A DNA stretch of 30,525 nucleotides from Candidatus Bipolaricaulia bacterium (lineage in GTDB: Bacteria > Bipolaricaulota > Bipolaricaulia > JBHIAT01): contig JBHIAT010000023.1 in assembly GCA_046758705.1 (NCBI GenBank), forward strand, positions 1 to 30,525. Reading direction: 5' to 3'. The position numbers were made by a program, and so were the translations under genes. The notes under the pieces were generated by a model, which did no database searches, had not been told where the DNA came from, and worked only from the letters and a program-made list of their open reading frames with translations. Shown one piece after another: positions 26,406 to 30,525 of the stretch. Positions within the stretch are counted from its first letter, which is position 1; each line of letters begins with the position of its first letter.

Positions 26406-27761
26406 TTAATCGCTTGATAGTTTTTTAAACTTCGTAAGAAGATTCTCCCTGATCTCTTCGGTCTCGGTTTGGAACAGGGGGATCTCCTTCAACAACTTTT
26501 TGGTCGTTTTATAGGAGTGCATGATCGTTGTATGGGCACGATCACCGAACTCCCTGCCGATCTCCGGGAACGAGCTGTCAGTCAGCTCCCGGGACAGATA
26601 GATGGCAATATGTCTGGGATGAGTTATCCCCTCCTTTCGGCTTTCTCCTTCCAGGTCAGCGATGGAGACTCCATAGAACCGGGAAACCTCCTCCTTGATA
26701 GCGGCGGTGTTGAGCACTCGCTCCTCCTCTTCGGGCAGGAGGTCTTCGACCGTTTGTGTATCGATTTCGCCGTTCTGGAGGCCCATCTGGGCGACGACAC
26801 GAAGCAGAGCCCCCTCCAGTGCCCGGATGTTTGAGGCGACCCGGGTTGCGATCATATTTAAGATCTCGTCTTTGATCTCCAACCCGTTCTGCCGTGCCTT
26901 ATGTTTGAGGATAGCGACCCGAGTCTCAAAGTTCGGGGGTTGGATATCGGCAACTAGACCCCATCTGAAACGGGATACCAGTCGATCTTGAAGGTAGGTC
27001 AACTCGCGTGGCGACCGATCGGAAGACAGCACGATCTGTCGGTTCCTCTGGTAGAGTTCGTTGAAGGTGTGAAACAGCTCCTCTTGGGTCCCTTCCTTGT
27101 CCTTAAGAAAGTGGACATCATCGATGAGCAGAACATCTGTTACGCGATATTTGTTACGAAAGGCGGCCGTCCGATCCCGCTGAATCGCGTCGATCATCTC
27201 GATGGTAAACCGTTCTGAGCTTGTGTAGATGACGTTGTAGTGACCGTGGTCAGCGAGGTAGTTGCCGATCGCCTGAAGCAGGTGGGTCTTCCCCAGGCCC
27301 ACGTTTCCATGGATGAACAGCGGATTATAAATCTCTCCAGGGGATTTGGCCACGGCCATGGCGGCGGCGAACGCCAGCTGATTGTTCTTCCCGCGGATGA
27401 AATTCTCGAAAATATATTCCTTCTTGAGATGGAGTTCACCGGAAACGTCCTTGGTCTGGAAGCTGTTGATCTCTTCTTTGCTCAGCCGCGTGGGGGTAGC
27501 CGAGATCGAGGAGGGTCGGCCGGAGGTGATGATGTGGAGTTCGAGTTCCTTCCCGGTGAGATCGGTCAACACGGACGTGATCAGATCCCTATACCTGCGG
27601 GTGAGTCCGCTTTTGATGAACTCGTTGGGAACTTCGATAATCAACTGCTCCCCGTCCAACTTCGTTCCTGCCGTGTCCCCGAACCAAGTCTCGAAGCTCG
27701 CCTGGGAGATCTTATCAGCGATCTCCTTTTTTGCCGTTTCCCATAAGGTTTTCGGTTCCAT
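26406..27761 (-). CDS. dnaA: Chromosomal replication initiator DnaA
   Basis: YNPLFIHGNVGLGKTHL, LLIDD, QEELFHTFN, RLVSRF and RAHTTI motifs; start set at ATG 27761. Confidence 0.98.
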   Translation of the reverse strand: MEPKTLWETAKKEIADKISQASFETWFGDTAGTKLDGEQLIIEVPNEFIKSGLTRRYRDLITSVLTDLTGKELELHIITSGRPSSISATPTRLSKEEINSFQTKDVSGELHLKKEYIFENFIRGKNNQLAFAAAMAVAKSPGEIYNPLFIHGNVGLGKTHLLQAIGNYLADHGHYNVIYTSSERFTIEMIDAIQRDRTAAFRNKYRVTDVLLIDDVHFLKDKEGTQEELFHTFNELYQRNRQIVLSSDRSPRELTYLQDRLVSRFRWGLVADIQPPNFETRVAILKHKARQNGLEIKDEILNMIATRVASNIRALEGALLRVVAQMGLQNGEIDTQTVEDLLPEEEERVLNTAAIKEEVSRFYGVSIADLEGESRKEGITHPRHIAIYLSRELTDSSFPEIGREFGDRAHTTIMHSYKTTKKLLKEIPLFQTETEEIRENLLTKFKKLSSD

Positions 27762-27787
27762 TGACAACCCCCACCTGAGGCAACCTA

Positions 27788-27817
27788 AACATACCCCGTC
27801 TCTCCCGCGACTGTCAA
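27788..27817 (-). promoter_or_regulatory. dnaA promoter
   Basis: TTGACA-N18-TATGTT. Confidence 0.5.
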
Positions 27818-27824
27818 GTCGGGG

Positions 27825-27867
27825 AAAAGCACTGAAAAGCGCATAATATCGGCTTTTCAGTGCTTTT
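27825..27867. terminator. Terminator downstream of the tRNA pair
   Basis: AAAAGCACTGAAAAGC / GCTTTTCAGTGCTTTT perfect 16-bp inverted repeat. Confidence 0.75.
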
Positions 27868-27968
27868 ATCCATCAAAAATCGTCAAAGTTGATGAGTGGA
27901 GGACACCCAAGGATCCGATCCCCAACGCTTGTGATCGCTCCACCGATAAGCGTTCAGTTCGGTTGAGT

Positions 27969-28044
27969 TGGTGCCGAGACCCGGAGTCGAACCGGGGACA
28001 CCCGCCTTTTCAGAGCGGTGCTCTACCACCTGAGCTACCTCGGC
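27969..28044 (-). tRNA. tRNA-Phe(GAA)
   Basis: 76-nt cloverleaf; anticodon loop CT-GAA-AA, GGTTCGA T-arm, encoded CCA. Confidence 0.97.
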
Positions 28045-28049
28045 GATAG

Positions 28050-28125
28050 TGGCGGGGGGTACGGGATTTGAACCCGCGTCACAGGAGTGACAGTCCTGCA
28101 TCCTAGGCCACTGAACGAACCCCCC
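28050..28125 (-). tRNA. tRNA-Asp(GTC)
   Basis: 76-nt cloverleaf; CAGGA-CT-GTC-AC-TCCTG, GGTTCAA, encoded CCA. Confidence 0.97.
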
Positions 28126-28139
28126 TCGATCCGGTATCT

Positions 28140-28168
28140 ATTCTATCACCATCACTGGAGTCGGTCAA
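28140..28168 (-). promoter_or_regulatory. tRNA operon promoter
   Basis: TTGACC-N17-TAGAAT. Confidence 0.7.
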
Positions 28169-28227
28169 CTTCGAAGGGCAGGTATAAAAATTCGGTTTTG
28201 GGGTACAATAGTGAGATGAAGCCCAAA

Positions 28228-28319
28228 GACACGCGTCCGCGACAAAGGCAAACCCATCGAAAGATGGGGGCGCAAAGCAACGGGTCCGCAAGGATAGCCG
28301 AGCTGCCGAAGGAGGTGTC
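28228..28319 (+). ncRNA. c-di-GMP-I (GEMM) riboswitch aptamer 1
   Basis: GGCAAA-CCCATC-GAAA-GATGGG-GGCGCAAAGC...GCTGCCGAA; P1 GACAC/GTGTC. Confidence 0.9.
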
Positions 28320-28320
28320 C

Positions 28321-28416
28321 ATCGGTCCCGAACGGGTAAACCTCCCGAAAGGGGAGGGGCACAAAGCCACAGACCCTAACGTAGAGCCGAGGGTGGCTGG
28401 GCCACCGAAGGACGAT
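28321..28416 (+). ncRNA. c-di-GMP-I riboswitch aptamer 2
   Basis: GGTAAA-CCTCCC-GAAA-GGGGAGG-GGCACAAAGCC...GGCCACCGAA; compensatory U-A for C-G; P1 GTCC/GGAC. Confidence 0.82.
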
Positions 28417-28520
28417 GCAAAGTTTAACGCTTGGGCACAACCAGATCTTCGCAGGCCAACGATACAGCCTACCTTTGCAGGTTCAGACCGATTTAACTCC
28501 TACGGCTGAGTTAGAACCAA

Positions 28521-28607
28521 ACGCGCCCATGACAAAGGCAAACCCATTGAAAGATGGGAACGCAACGCTGTGGGTTCGCAAGGACAGTGACAGTCGGGCT
28601 GCTGAAT
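28521..28607 (+). ncRNA. c-di-GMP-I riboswitch aptamer 3 (diverged copy of aptamer 1)
   Basis: GACAAAGGCAAA-CCCATT-GAAA-GATGGG-AACGCAACGC...GCTGCTGAA; directly before the RBS AGGAGGTG. Confidence 0.7.
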
Positions 28608-28624
28608 AGAAGGAGGTGAGGCGG

Positions 28625-29020
28625 ATGAGGAGGAGAGCGGTTGTTGTTGCAGTTTGGGCCCTCGCATTCGTGTTGGTGGTGGCCGTCCTCGCCACGCCGG
28701 TCGCATTCGCGAAGAAGAGGAGGAGTTGTAACTATGACGCGGCGTTGAAAGCGCTTATCACAGCCACCAACGAGGCGATCAACGCCAAGATTGAGGATAT
28801 TAAAAAAGCGGCGGCCACCAAGAGCACTAGAAGAGAACTGCGGCGTCTCGTCAGACAGCTGAAAAGATTTGCGAATAGGCAGATCAGACAGCTGAGGAGG
28901 GTGGCAAAAAGAGAGTACGGCTGCCGGCTCAAAAAGAGTCGGGTGTCGATCACCCTCGTATCGTCGAACAGAGACAGAATCATTAGAACGGTCGATCCAA
29001 TACGGATCGCAGGAGGGTGA
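28625..29020 (+). CDS. Small, very basic secreted protein of unknown function
   Basis: RBS AGGAGGTG; signal peptide ending AFA; K/R-rich helical mature part; C-terminal VDPIRI. Confidence 0.8.
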   Translation: MRRRAVVVAVWALAFVLVVAVLATPVAFAKKRRSCNYDAALKALITATNEAINAKIEDIKKAAATKSTRRELRRLVRQLKRFANRQIRQLRRVAKREYGCRLKKSRVSITLVSSNRDRIIRTVDPIRIAGG

Positions 29021-29120
29021 AGGGTACATAGCCGTTGTAGTCGTGTTCCTTGGAGGTCGGGATGAGTGTCCCAGCCTCCCCGCTTTGGAACGGTGAAAGA
29101 TCGTTTTTGGCAACCAGCTC

Positions 29121-30525
29121 ATGAAAGGATTAAGTCTCCATCGCGCGGATGATGTTATCGATAGAGTACAGAAAGCAGGGGCGAAGTTCTGTCTCCTCGC
29201 TCACGGGGATGACCTGGAAGTTAGCAAGATCACCATCGCTCCAGAGAAACGGGTTTGCCTTTACCCGACCACGCCCGAGGATGGCAAGGGTTATGAGTTC
29301 CTCTATATCTTGGCCGGAGAGTTGACCTGGGCGGGAGAGGATGAAAGTAAGCAAATCGTTCTCCGCGCAGGGGATTACGTATTTTTTCATGCTTTGCAAG
29401 AGGAAGCCCATTTCAAGACTGATACAGAGACGACCCTTCTCCATGTGGCATCTAAGCCATCCTTTCATATAGCGCGAGAGGAGATCAAAGACCTGATCGC
29501 CCTGGCACAGGAGGTCGAGCGCAAGGACAAGTACACCGAAGAACATTGTCGGAGAATCGAGAGGCTCTCGATAAAGGCAGGGGAGCAGCTCGGTCTGTCT
29601 GCCGACCGGCTAGAGGATCTGGCGTTCGCGGCCTTCCTCCATGATCTGGGGAAGGCCGGGATCCCTGAGCACATTCTCGGCAAAGCGGGCAAGCTCACCG
29701 AGGCAGAGTGGGAGGAGATCCGCAAGCATCCGTCCATCGGCAGGTGGATGGCTGAGCGGAAGTCTTTCCTGAAGGAGGCGGCCCGGATCATCGAGCAGCA
29801 TCACGAGCGGGTCGATGGAAAAGGTTATCCGAAGGGGCTGAGCGGAGAAGAGATCAGTCTGGAGGCCCGGATCGTCGCGGTAGTGGATGCCTATGACGCG
29901 ATGACGACGGATCGTCCGTACCGAGACGCACTCTCTGAAGCAGAGGCGATCGCAGAGCTGCGCAAGAATGCGGGGACCCAGTTTGATGAGCAGGTGGTGG
30001 AGACGTTCCTCAATGTCTTGAGCGAGAGCGAACGCCAGGAGGAATTAGGGATCACCGATCGGAGATCGGAGCGGCGACTCGAGAGGAAGTTGCTGAGAGT
30101 GGGCGAGGGACTCCTGTCGCTACAGGACGTGAACGAGATCCTGGATCGGGCGACCGAGGTCATCACCCAGCACAGCCGGTTCCGACGGGCGGTAATCTCG
30201 CTCTATGAGCAACCGATCCCCCTGTTGCGGATCGAGGAGGCACAGGTGGTGAAGGTCGCCACCTCCGGACTGACTCAGGAGGAGGAGGAGAAGATCAAGC
30301 GGAGCCCGGTCGCTCCAGAGGATCGCAAGCAGATCGTTAACGATCGGTTCAAGTTCAGCCGTTCTTATTACATCCCTCAGGGTCGGTTCGCCTGGGATCC
30401 TGAAATGGTCGTGAGGGAGAGTCGCATGTCGGTCGAGGAGATCGAGGACTGGTACCCGGGCGATGCGTTATTCATCCCCCTGTATGTGGGAGATCGGATC
30501 CTGGGGTTCATCTCGGTCGACGATC
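29121..30525 (+). CDS. Cupin + HD-GYP + GAF signalling protein, partial (runs off the window)
   Basis: Manual translation: EFLYILAGEL...LRAGDYV (cupin), KDKYTEEHC, LHDLGK, HHERVDGKGYP, DAYDAMTTDRPYR, then a GAF-like region ending FIPLYVGDRILGFISVDD. Confidence 0.88.
   Translation, partial: MKGLSLHRADDVIDRVQKAGAKFCLLAHGDDLEVSKITIAPEKRVCLYPTTPEDGKGYEFLYILAGELTWAGEDESKQIVLRAGDYVFFHALQEEAHFKTDTETTLLHVASKPSFHIAREEIKDLIALAQEVERKDKYTEEHCRRIERLSIKAGEQLGLSADRLEDLAFAAFLHDLGKAGIPEHILGKAGKLTEAEWEEIRKHPSIGRWMAERKSFLKEAARIIEQHHERVDGKGYPKGLSGEEISLEARIVAVVDAYDAMTTDRPYRDALSEAEAIAELRKNAGTQFDEQVVETFLNVLSESERQEELGITDRRSERRLERKLLRVGEGLLSLQDVNEILDRATEVITQHSRFRRAVISLYEQPIPLLRIEEAQVVKVATSGLTQEEEEKIKRSPVAPEDRKQIVNDRFKFSRSYYIPQGRFAWDPEMVVRESRMSVEEIEDWYPGDALFIPLYVGDRILGFISVDD

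Noticed and set aside
27969-28125. tRNA as an integration site for an island
   Set aside because: No duplicated tRNA 3' end and no integrase in the window.
28415-28609. 64-aa ORF within the riboswitch leader, or a fourth (class II) aptamer at ~28420-28520
   Set aside because: The ORF overlaps aptamer 3 with poor RBS spacing, and I could not fit a known aptamer consensus to the spacer.

Overview
This is a bacterial chromosomal window around the replication origin; gene content loosely suggests a deep-branching lineage such as Ca. Bipolaricaulota, which is only a guess. (1) 1-5.76 kb: an accessory patch of minus-strand small genes and debris. It holds several Uma2 nucleases, a HicB/HicA-like pair, a DUF5678-like + aspartic protease pair, 3-4 four-helix-bundle (TIGR02436-like) genes or remnants bracketed by inverted 7-bp/9-bp micro-repeat arrays, and a broken IS200/IS605 element. 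(2) 5.8-21 kb: housekeeping genes, including O-antigen ligase, patatin, groESL with CIRCE, rlpA, lhr, tatC-efp-asp23-amaP-DUF2273-nusB, an epimerase and a CARDB protein. (3) 21.2-24.2 kb: a candidate undescribed peptide-signalling module. It comprises a DUF5317 membrane protein with signal-peptidase-II-like Asp motifs, a 28-aa signal-peptide-like ORF absent from the ORF track, a multi-TM HD-GYP phosphodiesterase and a conserved hypothetical. (4) dciA-recF-oriC-dnaA with no dnaN; the origin is mirror-symmetric and built of non-canonical TTTTCTACA boxes. (5) tRNA-Asp and tRNA-Phe, three tandem c-di-GMP-I riboswitch aptamers ahead of a very basic secreted protein, and a partial cupin-HD-GYP-GAF gene. 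All family assignments are by eye from motifs; no searches were run.
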